Positions 10,878 through 21,312 of a stretch of DNA of 64,000 bases are shown piece after piece. The notes beneath the pieces were generated by a model. The model was not told the DNA's origin. It made no database searches and saw only the letters and a program-made list of their open reading frames with translations. The stretch comes from Acidobacteriota bacterium (lineage in GTDB: Bacteria > Acidobacteriota > UBA6911). A program made the translations under genes and the position numbers. The DNA lies in the NCBI GenBank assembly GCA_963664705.1, contig OY761556.1, forward strand, positions 2,880,001 to 2,944,000, written 5' to 3'. Position 1 is the stretch's first letter. Each line of letters begins with the position of its first letter.

Positions 10878-12539
10878 ATGAAGAAGAAACACCTTGAACC
10901 TGTTCATCCCCGGCGCTCCAGCGCAAATATGCTTCTCCCTGCCATCATGGTAATTGCGACCGGCATTCTTGTTTATGCTCGAACAGTGCCCTATGGTTTC
11001 GTTTTTGATGATATTGAAAACATCGTCAAAAATCCGGCAATTTCAGATTTCAGGCCATCACAGCTGGCACATGCATTCGCGCAGCCCTGGCGAGCACTGA
11101 CGCTTATCAGCTTCGGCCTTACCCGATACCTCTTCGGATTCAATCCCGCGGTGTTTCACCTGACAAATATCCTGATTCATTCGGCAAATGCCCTCCTGGT
11201 CTTTGGAATTGCTCATCTCGCCGCAAAACGATGGCTTGAGCCGGACAAATCGAAGTTCTTCCCGCTTGCCGCAGCGATGATTTTTGCGGTTCATCCGATT
11301 CAAAGCGAAGCGGTCGCCTATGTGTGGGGCCGATCCTCTTCCCTTTGTGCGCTTTTCTATTTTGCAGCTTTACTACTAATGATGATCGGCCTTTCCAAAC
11401 CTGACCGAAGGCAAATCCTTTGGTTCGGCTTGGCTGTTCTGGCCGCGTATGCGGCGTGGAAAACCAAGGAAGAGGCAATCACGCTTCCCCTGGCTGCAGC
11501 AGGGCTGATGGCCCTGATCGGTGCATGGCGGGCGGCCACGTGCGTTGCGTTTCTGCCTGTTCTGTATGTTGCGGTCAGATATCAATCACTGCTTCAGGTG
11601 CGCGCCTCGGTTGCAGAGAACCGGGAGCTTGCCGTAGCCGGCATGCGCGCTACGCTTGATCCCTTAATGTATTTCCTTACGAGTCTGAAGGGGATCGTTT
11701 GCTACTATCTCAGACTGTATATCATCCCCATCGGACAAAGCGCCGACGCCTATCTGAGCCCGGTTACCGGGTTTCAAGACCCCTATTTCTGGGCTGCAGT
11801 CACTGTTCTTGCAGCACTTGTCGCGCTGGGCTTTGTGATGCGCTCAGACCGAATATTTCTCCTGGGTTTGATAATGCTATTCGTATCACCCCTGGCATCC
11901 TATACCATCGTGCCTCTGCCTGACATTGTCGCCGAACACAGGGTATATATATCAAGCCTGGGCTTTGCGATTCTAGCAGCCTGGCTGCTAACTCGTATTC
12001 CTCATCACAGGTGGGCGATTCTCGCCGGCATTATCATCGTTCTTGGAGTTACTGCCCTGAATCGATCGGGAGTCTGGGCTGATAATCTTACACTGTGGAA
12101 AGATGCAGAAGCCAAATCGCCTGAACTTGAACGGCCGCATATCAATTTGGGAATGGCCTATCAGGTAACGGGCGCCGAAAATCTGGCGGTGATCGAGTAC
12201 CAACACGCACTCGCCTTGAATCCCCGGCTGGCCCCCGCCTACATAAACTTGGCCGGAGTGTTTTTCAATCACGGAGATTTAGCAAATTCGGAAAGATTGC
12301 TGCTAAAAGCAATGGAGATTGCGCCGGCATTGCCGGAGCCCTACGTCAATCTGGCCCAAATTGCGCTGAAAAGAGAACTACCGCGGGATGCGCTGCATAT
12401 TTTGAACAGCGCCGATACATCCGCGACATCCCATCTCATTCATATTGCAAAGGGAGATGTATATAAACAACTCGGTCAATATGCCGAGGCTGCGGCAGAG
12501 TATGACGCCGCAGCCCGCTTAAAGCCGAATCTTCGATAG
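10878..12539 (+). CDS. TMTC-like GT-C membrane glycosyltransferase with C-terminal TPRs
   Basis: FVFDD..I..N, HPIQSEAVAYVWGRSS, AEHRVY, W.DN..LW motifs; many transmembrane segments followed by TPRs. Confidence 0.75.
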   Translation: MKKKHLEPVHPRRSSANMLLPAIMVIATGILVYARTVPYGFVFDDIENIVKNPAISDFRPSQLAHAFAQPWRALTLISFGLTRYLFGFNPAVFHLTNILIHSANALLVFGIAHLAAKRWLEPDKSKFFPLAAAMIFAVHPIQSEAVAYVWGRSSSLCALFYFAALLLMMIGLSKPDRRQILWFGLAVLAAYAAWKTKEEAITLPLAAAGLMALIGAWRAATCVAFLPVLYVAVRYQSLLQVRASVAENRELAVAGMRATLDPLMYFLTSLKGIVCYYLRLYIIPIGQSADAYLSPVTGFQDPYFWAAVTVLAALVALGFVMRSDRIFLLGLIMLFVSPLASYTIVPLPDIVAEHRVYISSLGFAILAAWLLTRIPHHRWAILAGIIIVLGVTALNRSGVWADNLTLWKDAEAKSPELERPHINLGMAYQVTGAENLAVIEYQHALALNPRLAPAYINLAGVFFNHGDLANSERLLLKAMEIAPALPEPYVNLAQIALKRELPRDALHILNSADTSATSHLIHIAKGDVYKQLGQYAEAAAEYDAAARLKPNLR

Positions 12540-12627
12540 GAGGCTGCCCTCGGCCCTGCCGGGGGATGCGTATGGGAGTTTTTCGATATCCCGGTTCCTA
12601 AGCCTATAGCTCGCACAGGAGAGTTTT

Positions 12628-14766
12628 ATGCACTCGCTCACTTCATGCACACTATTTAGGGTTCCCTTATTGTCCGTCAGACGGTGGTTGCTTTTCATTG
12701 CATTGTCTTTGGCAGGACTTTGCAATGCATTCTGCGCAATGAACCCCCAACCTATTGGTATCAGTCCAATATCGACATATCCGGGAAACCCCGGCTTGGT
12801 GCTGACGGTAATCGCCAATACAATGCTATTTGGTGACCTTATCCCATTTACGGCCGATTCCGTGGTGCAATGGAATGGATCCAGCCGGCCTACAACCTTT
12901 GTGGATAACAGGCATCTGCGGGCGTTAATACCAGCCAGCGATCTGGCGTCCCCAGGCGTGGCAACCGTGACTGTATCTACTCCCGGAGTTGAGAGCATCC
13001 CTGCAATCTTCACCATCGCGCCAATTGCCCCAATGATTGGCGGAGTGGTTCCATATTCGGCACCCGCGGGAAGTCCAGGATTTGTCCTGATGGCACTTGG
13101 CACCAATGGCACCATCGATCAGTCCTCAGGATTTGCAGGTGATTCAGTAGTTCAGTGGAATGGTTCAAATCGAGCAACAACCTACGTTGATTCCAGGCAT
13201 CTGCTGGCCGCCATACTGCCAAGCGACTTAGCTTCGGCGGGAACGGCTAATGTTACCGTCTATACGCCTGGCGCAGGAGTATCATCCTCCATTTCTCATT
13301 TCAATATAACGGAGCCAGCCACCAAGCCGCCCCAAAGTCTCGGGCTGAGTGTTGGTGGAGGCGGGGCAGCGAACCACAGCGCAACGGAGAGGACAGAATT
13401 GCAGACCGGTTATGCCACCGCTTTGAATTCCGGGACTGTTCCATTTGGGACAGCCGTTATCTCTTCGAGAACCAATGGAATTACAATAAGCGAAACAGGC
13501 ATTTCTCCGTCGCCTCCAACCTACAGGGCCAAAATATTTATTGATTATCGCGCAGCTGCAACCGTGATCCCGGGGCGGATCAATTCAGGAGCGGTTGATA
13601 TCAACACTGGAATCGCGATTGTCAATTATGGGAGTTCAAAAGCCTACCTAAACCTTACGCTGCGGGATTTGGCCGGAGATTCTTTGGCGACTGGGAGTGG
13701 AACGATTGATCCGGGAAGCTGCACTGCAAAATTTGTGGATCAGTTGGACGAAATCGCCGCCGGTTTTCACCTTCCCGCTGATTTTCAATCCACCATTCAA
13801 TTCGGGTCTCTGGAAATTCAGAGCTGGCAGCCCATTTCTGTGATGGCATTGCGGGGCACGTTGAATCAAAGGGGCGAGTTTCTTTTCACAACTACTCCGG
13901 TAGCAGACCTGATGCAACCGGTCGGTAGCGCCCCCGCATATTTTCCGCAGTTCGCCGATGGCGGTGGATATACCACGTCGCTGGTTCTGCTCAACAAATC
14001 CGACAAGACACAGACCGGAAGCTTCGAATTTATTGATGACAATGGAGGTCCGCTATCCGTCTCGCAGGCCGGCGGCTCTGCGGGGGTCTCATTCAGCTAT
14101 TCCATTCCTCCCTATGGGGGATTCCGTTTCCAGACAGACGGGATGCCTGCTGCCTCTAAAACCGGATGGGTGCGGTTGACTCCGGACCCATCGACAACAA
14201 CACCAGCCGGTGCTGTGATTTTTGGCTATAATCCTGATACTGCCTTGATTTCGGAATCCGCAGTTCCCGCGACCAACGGTACAACCAGTGCTCGGGTTTA
14301 TGTGGATTTGTCAAACAACCATGACACGGGCATAGCGCTGGCTTCGCCGACATCAGTGCCCATAAATGTAAGCGTCAAAGCATATCAGACCGATGGAATC
14401 ACGCTTGCCGGCCAGCGTCAGGAATCTCTGACGCTGACCGGCCACGGACATACTGCAAGATTTGTCACCGAGCTAATTCCAATCCTGCCACTCAATTTCA
14501 AAGGAGTATTGGAAATCACTTCAAACGGTGACCCATTCGCGGCATTAGCGATGCGGTTTTATAAAAATGAGCGCAATGAATTCCTGATGACGAGTTCACT
14601 TATCGCTGAAGCGAGTCAGATCGCAATAGCACCGATTCTCTTTCCTCGATTTGCCACCGGCGGAGGCTATTCGACTGAATTCATCTTTCTTAGTCCAGGC
14701 GGATCTTCCACTCTTTCGCTTGGAATGTTTACCGACGCAGGAGTGCAGTTGGATACTACGAAATAG
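12628..14766 (+). CDS. Large secreted Ser/Thr/Gly-rich protein with two IPT/TIG-like repeats
   Basis: Repeated DSVVQWNGSxRxTTxVDxRHLxAxIxxSDLASxGxAxVTVxTPG; repeated FPxFAxGGGYxT and DTGIA motifs. Confidence 0.75.
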   Translation: MHSLTSCTLFRVPLLSVRRWLLFIALSLAGLCNAFCAMNPQPIGISPISTYPGNPGLVLTVIANTMLFGDLIPFTADSVVQWNGSSRPTTFVDNRHLRALIPASDLASPGVATVTVSTPGVESIPAIFTIAPIAPMIGGVVPYSAPAGSPGFVLMALGTNGTIDQSSGFAGDSVVQWNGSNRATTYVDSRHLLAAILPSDLASAGTANVTVYTPGAGVSSSISHFNITEPATKPPQSLGLSVGGGGAANHSATERTELQTGYATALNSGTVPFGTAVISSRTNGITISETGISPSPPTYRAKIFIDYRAAATVIPGRINSGAVDINTGIAIVNYGSSKAYLNLTLRDLAGDSLATGSGTIDPGSCTAKFVDQLDEIAAGFHLPADFQSTIQFGSLEIQSWQPISVMALRGTLNQRGEFLFTTTPVADLMQPVGSAPAYFPQFADGGGYTTSLVLLNKSDKTQTGSFEFIDDNGGPLSVSQAGGSAGVSFSYSIPPYGGFRFQTDGMPAASKTGWVRLTPDPSTTTPAGAVIFGYNPDTALISESAVPATNGTTSARVYVDLSNNHDTGIALASPTSVPINVSVKAYQTDGITLAGQRQESLTLTGHGHTARFVTELIPILPLNFKGVLEITSNGDPFAALAMRFYKNERNEFLMTSSLIAEASQIAIAPILFPRFATGGGYSTEFIFLSPGGSSTLSLGMFTDAGVQLDTTK

Positions 14767-14883
14767 CGAAATTTCCTTGGTTCAGAACAGAGCTTCATCC
14801 GACAGGAACTATCAATAGGAAAACAACCGGGTGAGTTTAAGACCCATTCCAGCACTTGCTGGTGAGCCGCAACGGAGTCGCCA

Positions 14884-15942
14884 ATGAATAGACAGCTTAC
14901 ACTTGCATTGTGTTGTTTCACTATATTAGGGCTGGCCCTTTCGCCTGCGGCCCAGCAACCGCCTCCTCCCATTATTCAGGAGGAGATTCCAGAAAATGCT
15001 CTCTTTTACATGTTCTTCCAGTCGATAGCGCCGCAACAGGAAGAACAGAAAGAGCGAAACCAATTTGCCACCGCAAGGCTCGGGCAGGTTGCCCGGGCTG
15101 CCCGCCTTCAAACGGATCACATCGACACCCTCCGACATTTTGCCGCGGAATGCGTCTCAAAAGTCGCCGTCGTCGATGAAAAAGCCCAAAAGTTCATTGC
15201 ATTCGCCCGTAACCAGCGCCTCAATCCGAACGGGCCGCCTGCGCAAGCCCCCTCCGAGCTAAAGCTCCTGCAACAGGAGCGCGATAAAATTGTCAGTGAA
15301 TCAGTTTCCGGTTTGCGGGCAGCCCTCGGAGAGGAGGCGTTTGCCGGTCTGCAGGCCGCCTTGAAACCGCAGCCAGGATCGGCGATCTCCGTACGGCTGC
15401 CCGATGAACTCGCTCAACCGGCCGCTCCAGACCGGCGACTTCAACGCGGTGACTTTCCCATACCCAGGGGATCAGTCTATGAATCCAGACTCCCTGTCAA
15501 AGCCATGATCTCGCCAGTGGGGGATGGAGGGCCGAACGAACGCATGCGATTCACAATGGATGAACCGGTAAGATTCAAAATTACATTGCTGAATACGACG
15601 AACCATATGGTGTCGATGAACACGGAATTTGCCATGAACCAGTGCTCCTTGCTTGCGATGAAACAGGGCGATGCAATGAGGCAGGTGTCTCTCCGGTTCG
15701 AGTTCGTACCCACAAAAGGTATGCCCCTGGAAGTTCCATTGCCTTCCAATGTTCCGGTTGTGGTCGGAATAGCGCGTCTGAACGCGAACAGCACCGACTT
15801 TGCGCCGGGACGGTATTCAGGCACGTTGCAGCGTCAATTGGCTCTTCCTCCGCCAGGAAACGATGAGGAAAACCGGCGCATTGTTGAAACATCTCTCCTG
15901 TCCCTGAATTCAAATACCATTGTCTTTGAGATAGTGCCCTAA
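14884..15942 (+). CDS. Secreted hypothetical protein
   Basis: 352-aa ORF with signal peptide and RBS GGAG. Confidence 0.7.
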   Translation: MNRQLTLALCCFTILGLALSPAAQQPPPPIIQEEIPENALFYMFFQSIAPQQEEQKERNQFATARLGQVARAARLQTDHIDTLRHFAAECVSKVAVVDEKAQKFIAFARNQRLNPNGPPAQAPSELKLLQQERDKIVSESVSGLRAALGEEAFAGLQAALKPQPGSAISVRLPDELAQPAAPDRRLQRGDFPIPRGSVYESRLPVKAMISPVGDGGPNERMRFTMDEPVRFKITLLNTTNHMVSMNTEFAMNQCSLLAMKQGDAMRQVSLRFEFVPTKGMPLEVPLPSNVPVVVGIARLNANSTDFAPGRYSGTLQRQLALPPPGNDEENRRIVETSLLSLNSNTIVFEIVP

Positions 15943-16129
15943 AAGGCCTGAGAGACCAGAAAATGTCTGTCGAGGCCGGCCATTCAACTGCGCGCCAACA
16001 GTCCCCGCATGCCCGGCACGCTTATTGCTTTCGTTTATAAGGCATTTCGGCGTGTATCGGGATATACCGACCATCGATACCGTCCGGCGGCTCGTTTTTT
16101 CGATGTAATCGGTTGAAAAGAGGGCAAAT

Positions 16130-17026
16130 ATGAAAAAGACAAACATGTTGTTGCTTGCGGCGGCTATCGTGTTTTTGACTATCTGCCAAATTTCTGACCT
16201 GCATGCGCAAAGTATCAGCCGGCGCCTGATAGTCCAAACCCTTGAGGAAGAACTGAGAAATCAGGAACAGCTTCAGGGCGAAATTGCGGCTCTCGTAAAG
16301 GAAATACGCACATCCGAAGAAGCACAACGGAAACTATTTGTTCATATGGCCATGAAACTGGACAAAGCCGATGTGTTAACGGCTACCGCCGAAGCAATAG
16401 ATGCTGCCTTGGAAACAACCCTGCACAACATTGCCAACGCCGACGCTCCCGGTTTTAAGCGAACAAGAGTCCATATCGAGGATGGGAAAATTGTGGCTAC
16501 ACCCCGCGTCTGGGATCAGGGCAGTTTTCTTGCGACAGGAAATCCGTTGGATCTCATTATTGACGGAGGAGGATTTTTCCAGATACTCCAGCCAAATGGT
16601 GATATCGCCTACACCCGTAATGGCTGCATGCATTTGAATCGCGAAGGCTATATCGTGACACTCGAAGGAAATATGCTGAATCCTCCAATTGTCATTCCCC
16701 AAGATCAAGTCAGCATTATCGTCGGCTTCGACGGGACAGTGTCTATTCGGCAAGAGGGCAGGCCGCAACCGGTCGGAAGAATTGAGCTGGCAGGATTTAA
16801 GGATCTTTCAGGCTTGAAGGCTTTAGGACGCAATCTTTTTATCGCGACGCCCGCCTCCGGTCAACCTGTTATGGCGCATCCAGGAGAAAATGGAGCAGGC
16901 ACAATCCTGGCGGGATATCTCGAAAACTCTAACGTGAAAATTCTGGAGGAAATCATTCAATTGCGGAAACTGCAGTCATGGAAAAATGGGATCCAACAAG
17001 CATTGACTACGCTTCAGGAGAGATAA
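16130..17026 (+). CDS. FlgG/FlgF-like flagellar rod-family protein with an N-terminal signal peptide
   Basis: HNIANADAPGFK, TGNPLDLIIDGGGFFQI..PNG.IAYTRNG, GYLENSNV. Confidence 0.8.
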   Translation: MKKTNMLLLAAAIVFLTICQISDLHAQSISRRLIVQTLEEELRNQEQLQGEIAALVKEIRTSEEAQRKLFVHMAMKLDKADVLTATAEAIDAALETTLHNIANADAPGFKRTRVHIEDGKIVATPRVWDQGSFLATGNPLDLIIDGGGFFQILQPNGDIAYTRNGCMHLNREGYIVTLEGNMLNPPIVIPQDQVSIIVGFDGTVSIRQEGRPQPVGRIELAGFKDLSGLKALGRNLFIATPASGQPVMAHPGENGAGTILAGYLENSNVKILEEIIQLRKLQSWKNGIQQALTTLQER

Positions 17027-17041
17027 TCCTATGGCAAGTTC

Positions 17042-17188
17042 CTACTGCCTGGTTGCTGTAACCCTGAATGTGCCATCGTCCCCAATTTCTTCCACACTCA
17101 TGACGAGGGCTTTCCCATCGTCAGACACGGTTGTGTAAGTCACAGCCACAATCTTGCCATCCCGCTTGTTGACTATATCGATCGACCG
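17042..17188 (-). pseudogene. Orphan 3' gene fragment
   Basis: RSIDIVNKRDGKIVAVTYTTVSDDGKALVMSVEEIGDDG...RQ*, loosely like the C-terminus of 46292..46765; no start seen. Confidence 0.35.
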
Positions 17189-17327
17189 ATCATTCATCCA
17201 CTGATTCCCGCCATAAAGCATTATGCCTCACAACGCGAAATATTGTGACCGGAGAGACTTTGTCTGGTAAGTTCGATGCAAATCTTAATTGCTCACGGGC
17301 GTGAGAGACCCTGGAGGGGATAAAGCG

Positions 17328-18602
17328 ATGCGCAAAACTGATTCTGCGCTGGGACGTCGTGGATTTCTGAAGGGTGCGGTTGTCGGTGGTATGGCTGGAG
17401 TCTTCGCTTCCGGTTTTTCGAAGGCAGAAAACCGGGCGATGAAAGTCACAAGCGTGGATATCTATCAGACAGCAACAGGTATTACCCAACCTATTGTTGT
17501 TCGGCTGAATACCGATTCGGGGATCAGCGGTTTTGGAGAGGTAGGACTCGCCTATGGAGCGGGACACAATGCCGGTTTCGGCATACTTAAAGATCTGGCG
17601 GGCTATGTAATCGGATCCGATCCACGGAATGTGGAAGCTTTGTGGGAAAAGCTGTTTCGATCAACATTTTGGGGAATGGGAGGCGGTCCGGTTGTATATG
17701 GCGGCATGAGCGCAATTGATACGGCCTGCTGGGACATTATGGGCAAAGAAATGGGTGTTCCCGTTTACCGGCTGCTGGGAGGCAAAACCAGGGAGAAACT
17801 GAGAACCTATGCCAGTCAGCTTCAATTGGGCTGGGACAAAAAATATACACTGCTGATAGAACCACCGGAATACGCGCAAGTGGCTTTAAAGGCAGTCTCG
17901 GAAGGGTATGACTGTTTGAAGGTAGACCCGGTATGCGTTAACAGAAAGGGTGAAGTCATAAATTATCGTGGCGGCATTTTAAATAGTCAGGAACTCAAGC
18001 TGGGTTATGACCGCGTAAAAGCAATGAGAGACGCGGTTGGTCCCAATGTGGATATTATGATCGAACTGCATTCCGGGTTTGGACTCAATTCTGCTATTCA
18101 GTTCGGGAATGCAATCGAGGATCTCAGGTGCATGTGCTACGAGGAACCCATCCATCCCATGAATGTGGATAATTTTGCACTGCTGGCAAGAAGCGTCAAA
18201 ATTCCACTCGCGGGAGGAGAGAGAATTTATACCCGCTGGGGCTATCGGCCGTTTTTCGAGAAGCAGGCCATTGCCCTGATTCAGCCGGATATCGGCCTCG
18301 TGGGCGGATTCACGGAATGCAAGAAAATCTGCGATATGGCTCATGTTTATGATGTCACGGTCCAATGCCATGTTGCCGGCGGACCGATAGCGACGGCGGC
18401 TGCTTTGCAGATGGAACGAGCAATCCCCAATTTCATCGTCCACGAATACCATGTGGCTGCGATGAATGAAGAAATTGTCTCCACGTGCAAATATAATTAT
18501 GTTCCCGAAAAAGGCGCCTTTGCGGTCCCCGAACTGCCTGGCATCGGCCAGGAGCTGACGGAGAAGACAATGGCGGAATGCAATCATGTACGCATTCAAT
18601 GA
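17328..18602 (+). CDS. Mandelate racemase/enolase superfamily enzyme with Tat signal
   Basis: GRRGFLK; SAIDTACWDIMGK..GVPVYRLLGG; KVD; IMIELH; YEEP; AGGER; QPD. Confidence 0.9.
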   Translation: MRKTDSALGRRGFLKGAVVGGMAGVFASGFSKAENRAMKVTSVDIYQTATGITQPIVVRLNTDSGISGFGEVGLAYGAGHNAGFGILKDLAGYVIGSDPRNVEALWEKLFRSTFWGMGGGPVVYGGMSAIDTACWDIMGKEMGVPVYRLLGGKTREKLRTYASQLQLGWDKKYTLLIEPPEYAQVALKAVSEGYDCLKVDPVCVNRKGEVINYRGGILNSQELKLGYDRVKAMRDAVGPNVDIMIELHSGFGLNSAIQFGNAIEDLRCMCYEEPIHPMNVDNFALLARSVKIPLAGGERIYTRWGYRPFFEKQAIALIQPDIGLVGGFTECKKICDMAHVYDVTVQCHVAGGPIATAAALQMERAIPNFIVHEYHVAAMNEEIVSTCKYNYVPEKGAFAVPELPGIGQELTEKTMAECNHVRIQ

Positions 18603-18709
18603 TTCAGATTGGGGGACCGATCGGCAAAACGCTGTTCTTCCCGAGTCGATGATGCAAATGCCTTGCGGAGTGTTGTATCCTGATAAAAATCATATACGGG
18701 AGATGTTGA

Positions 18710-19786
18710 TTGGAAAACACAGACCAAATTTACGTCGCGCTTCAGAAGCACCTGGACAAACAGGCAGTGGGGTTTCCTGCCACCAAAACGGGCGTGGAGC
18801 TCCGTATCCTTAAAGAGCTTTTCACGCCGGAACAGGTGGGAATAGCGCTCCACTTAAGCGTCGAGCCGAAATCAGCGATACAAGTGCATGCAGAGATGAA
18901 GGAGTCCGGCACGACCGTGGAAAAGGTCGCCCACCTGCTTATCGAGATGGTTAAGAATGGAGCTATCACGGCCAAAGAAGAAAAAGGCAACTATTATTTC
19001 TTTACTATGCCTCTGCTCGTAGGCATTGCGGAAATGCATGGCGGCCGTGCCACCCCTCAATTCTGGCAGGATTTTTCCAGCTATATGGCCAGCGAATACG
19101 GCAAGGCGTATAACAGCACCAAAACATCGCAGATGCGCACCATCCCGGTAGGAAAAAGTTTTACGGTCGAACATCATGTCACCACTTATGACAATATCCG
19201 GGACATAATCAATAATACTTGTGACCCTATTGTCATCAACCGATGCATGTGCCGGACGGGAGCCGCGGCGCGCGGCAATCCCTGCCAAAAAACCCACCGG
19301 GAGGAAACCTGCATGGCCTTTGGCGAGTGGGCAAAGCTGGCGGTAATAGGGGGTGCCCAGCCCATCTCTAAAGAAGAAGCACTGGGAATTATGCGGCAGA
19401 ATGAAGAGGACGGCCTCGTCCTGCAGCCGAACAACTACCAGAAAGTGGATTTCGTCTGCGCTTGCTGCGGATGCTGTTGCGGTATTCTGCGGCTGCAAAA
19501 AGCCTTGCCTGATCCGGCTATAGTCTGGGCGCACAACTATTATGCAGTGGTGGAGGCGGAGTCTTGCGTGAAATGCGGCACGTGCGTGGAACGCTGTCAG
19601 GTCAACGCCATCATGATTGAAGCAAACAACGGCGCTGCTGTGATCAATCTGGAGCGGTGCATCGGCTGCGGTAATTGTGTGGTCACCTGCCCCTCAGAAG
19701 CCATAAAGCTTGTAAAAAAGGCTGAAGAAACCATCCCTCCGGCGGACGCACCCGCGCTTTACAGGATGCTGGCCGAAAGAGTGTAG
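18710..19786 (+). CDS. 4Fe-4S dicluster protein
   Basis: CACCGCCC cluster plus two CxxCxxCxxxC motifs. Confidence 0.9.
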   Translation: MENTDQIYVALQKHLDKQAVGFPATKTGVELRILKELFTPEQVGIALHLSVEPKSAIQVHAEMKESGTTVEKVAHLLIEMVKNGAITAKEEKGNYYFFTMPLLVGIAEMHGGRATPQFWQDFSSYMASEYGKAYNSTKTSQMRTIPVGKSFTVEHHVTTYDNIRDIINNTCDPIVINRCMCRTGAAARGNPCQKTHREETCMAFGEWAKLAVIGGAQPISKEEALGIMRQNEEDGLVLQPNNYQKVDFVCACCGCCCGILRLQKALPDPAIVWAHNYYAVVEAESCVKCGTCVERCQVNAIMIEANNGAAVINLERCIGCGNCVVTCPSEAIKLVKKAEETIPPADAPALYRMLAERV

Positions 19787-20698
19787 CTAACGCGTCTTTT
19801 CCCGCAATCGATCAGTAATGCTGTCATCGCAGAACTCCGGATAGAGCGTCTTCATACAATCCGGGCAGATGCTATGACTGAACTCTGCTTCGGAGTGATC
19901 ATGAATGTAGGCTTCAATCTGATTCCAATAGCCCTTATCATCTCTGATCTTCTTACAGTTTGCGCAGATGGGAAACATCCCGCTCAGAAGTTTGACTTTG
20001 TGCATGGCCTGCCGAAGCTCGGCAATTACCAGCTCCTTCTGCATCTCGGCATCCTTCCGTGCAGTGATGTCCATAATACCGCCGATAATGCCTCCTAGCC
20101 GGCCATCAGCGTGCTCGAATGTCGCTTTATGAAACACCACATGACGTTTCGCCTGCTGTGATTTGCTCTGGACCTGGTATTCATAGACTTGAACTCCTGA
20201 ATGAGCTATGAGCTGCTTATCCTGCTCATCGTAGATGCTCGCAAGTTCCGCGGGAGCGATCTCGTAAACTGTTTTGCCGATAATCATGCTTCGTTCCAGA
20301 CCCATAAATTCCTCATAGCTCTTGTTGCAGCCGAGGTAGACACATTTTTCATTTTTGTAGAAGACAGGAATAGGAATGCTGTCAAGAAGCTTCTGTTGAA
20401 ACTGAAAAGCCAATTCCAGATTTTTCTGTGCCTGCCGATATCTTGTTGCCAAGCCCAAGCAAAAACCGCTGAGACCTACAACACAGATCAGCGAACCCAA
20501 GTAGGCAAAGGGCCCGCGATGCCATAGAAAAGTGTCGAGCAGTCCAACACTGAGCGAGATAACCACAACCGGAACCAGCCATCGTTCAATCCGCATGTGA
20601 GGCTTCCTTCTAAACGATTCATACAATAACGCGTAACTATCTCCTGACCTAAACATATTTCCTATATGGTCCCATATATAAAACGCGGACCGAATCAA
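19787..20698 (-). CDS. Membrane PAS-domain signalling protein with C-terminal Cys motif
   Basis: Two TM segments, PAS domain (LLDSIPIPVFYKN..YLGCN), tail PICANCKKIRDDKGYWNQIE..FSHSICPDC. Confidence 0.8.
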   Translation of the reverse strand: MIRSAFYIWDHIGNMFRSGDSYALLYESFRRKPHMRIERWLVPVVVISLSVGLLDTFLWHRGPFAYLGSLICVVGLSGFCLGLATRYRQAQKNLELAFQFQQKLLDSIPIPVFYKNEKCVYLGCNKSYEEFMGLERSMIIGKTVYEIAPAELASIYDEQDKQLIAHSGVQVYEYQVQSKSQQAKRHVVFHKATFEHADGRLGGIIGGIMDITARKDAEMQKELVIAELRQAMHKVKLLSGMFPICANCKKIRDDKGYWNQIEAYIHDHSEAEFSHSICPDCMKTLYPEFCDDSITDRLREKTR

Positions 20699-20752
20699 TC
20701 GCTCTTGGATCGACCAGTTCTTCTTTGATGTAGCGGTGGATAACGCTGTGAC

Positions 20753-21214
20753 TTAGCAGCTCGAGAAGGCAAGTATGAGGTTCAGTAGAGTCGCACAGGA
20801 AAGCAGAATCAAAACCATTGTTGAAGAAGTAAAAAGTGCAGATTTTTCGGATTTACGGCCCACAAATCCACCTATGCCGACAGCAAGGCAAGAAACAGAC
20901 AAAACCGGAACGATAAGCAAAAGGTCCAGTCGTATAGGAACGGTCACTGTGCGTGCCCAGACGAAGTCCATATAGAATTCATAGATAAATAACAGGAATG
21001 CAATGGTCGCAAATGTGACAAGCTTGCCGATCGGCCTTCCGGATTTTTTGAAAGGAACAATCATCAGCACCAAAGGAATCCACGCCAAATAGATCAGACC
21101 ATAATACCCTGCATATTTAAGCGTCTCCCGCACCGTGTCCTCCCCGGCCGCCAAAGGCCGATTTGGCATCATGTTCGCTCTTAGTTGTCCGACAGATAAT
21201 GATCGCGTTCCCAC
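20753..21214 (-). CDS. Hypothetical membrane protein
   Basis: About 4 hydrophobic segments; start uncertain. Confidence 0.55.
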   Translation of the reverse strand: MGTRSLSVGQLRANMMPNRPLAAGEDTVRETLKYAGYYGLIYLAWIPLVLMIVPFKKSGRPIGKLVTFATIAFLLFIYEFYMDFVWARTVTVPIRLDLLLIVPVLSVSCLAVGIGGFVGRKSEKSALFTSSTMVLILLSCATLLNLILAFSSC

Positions 21215-21312
21215 GCGCGCCGTGGCATAGCTTCGAAACCCGAGCCAAGGAAAATCGAGAAATTCGAAGAGCCGATGAATTCTGGTTTATGGAGCCACTC
21301 ATGCCCGTATTT

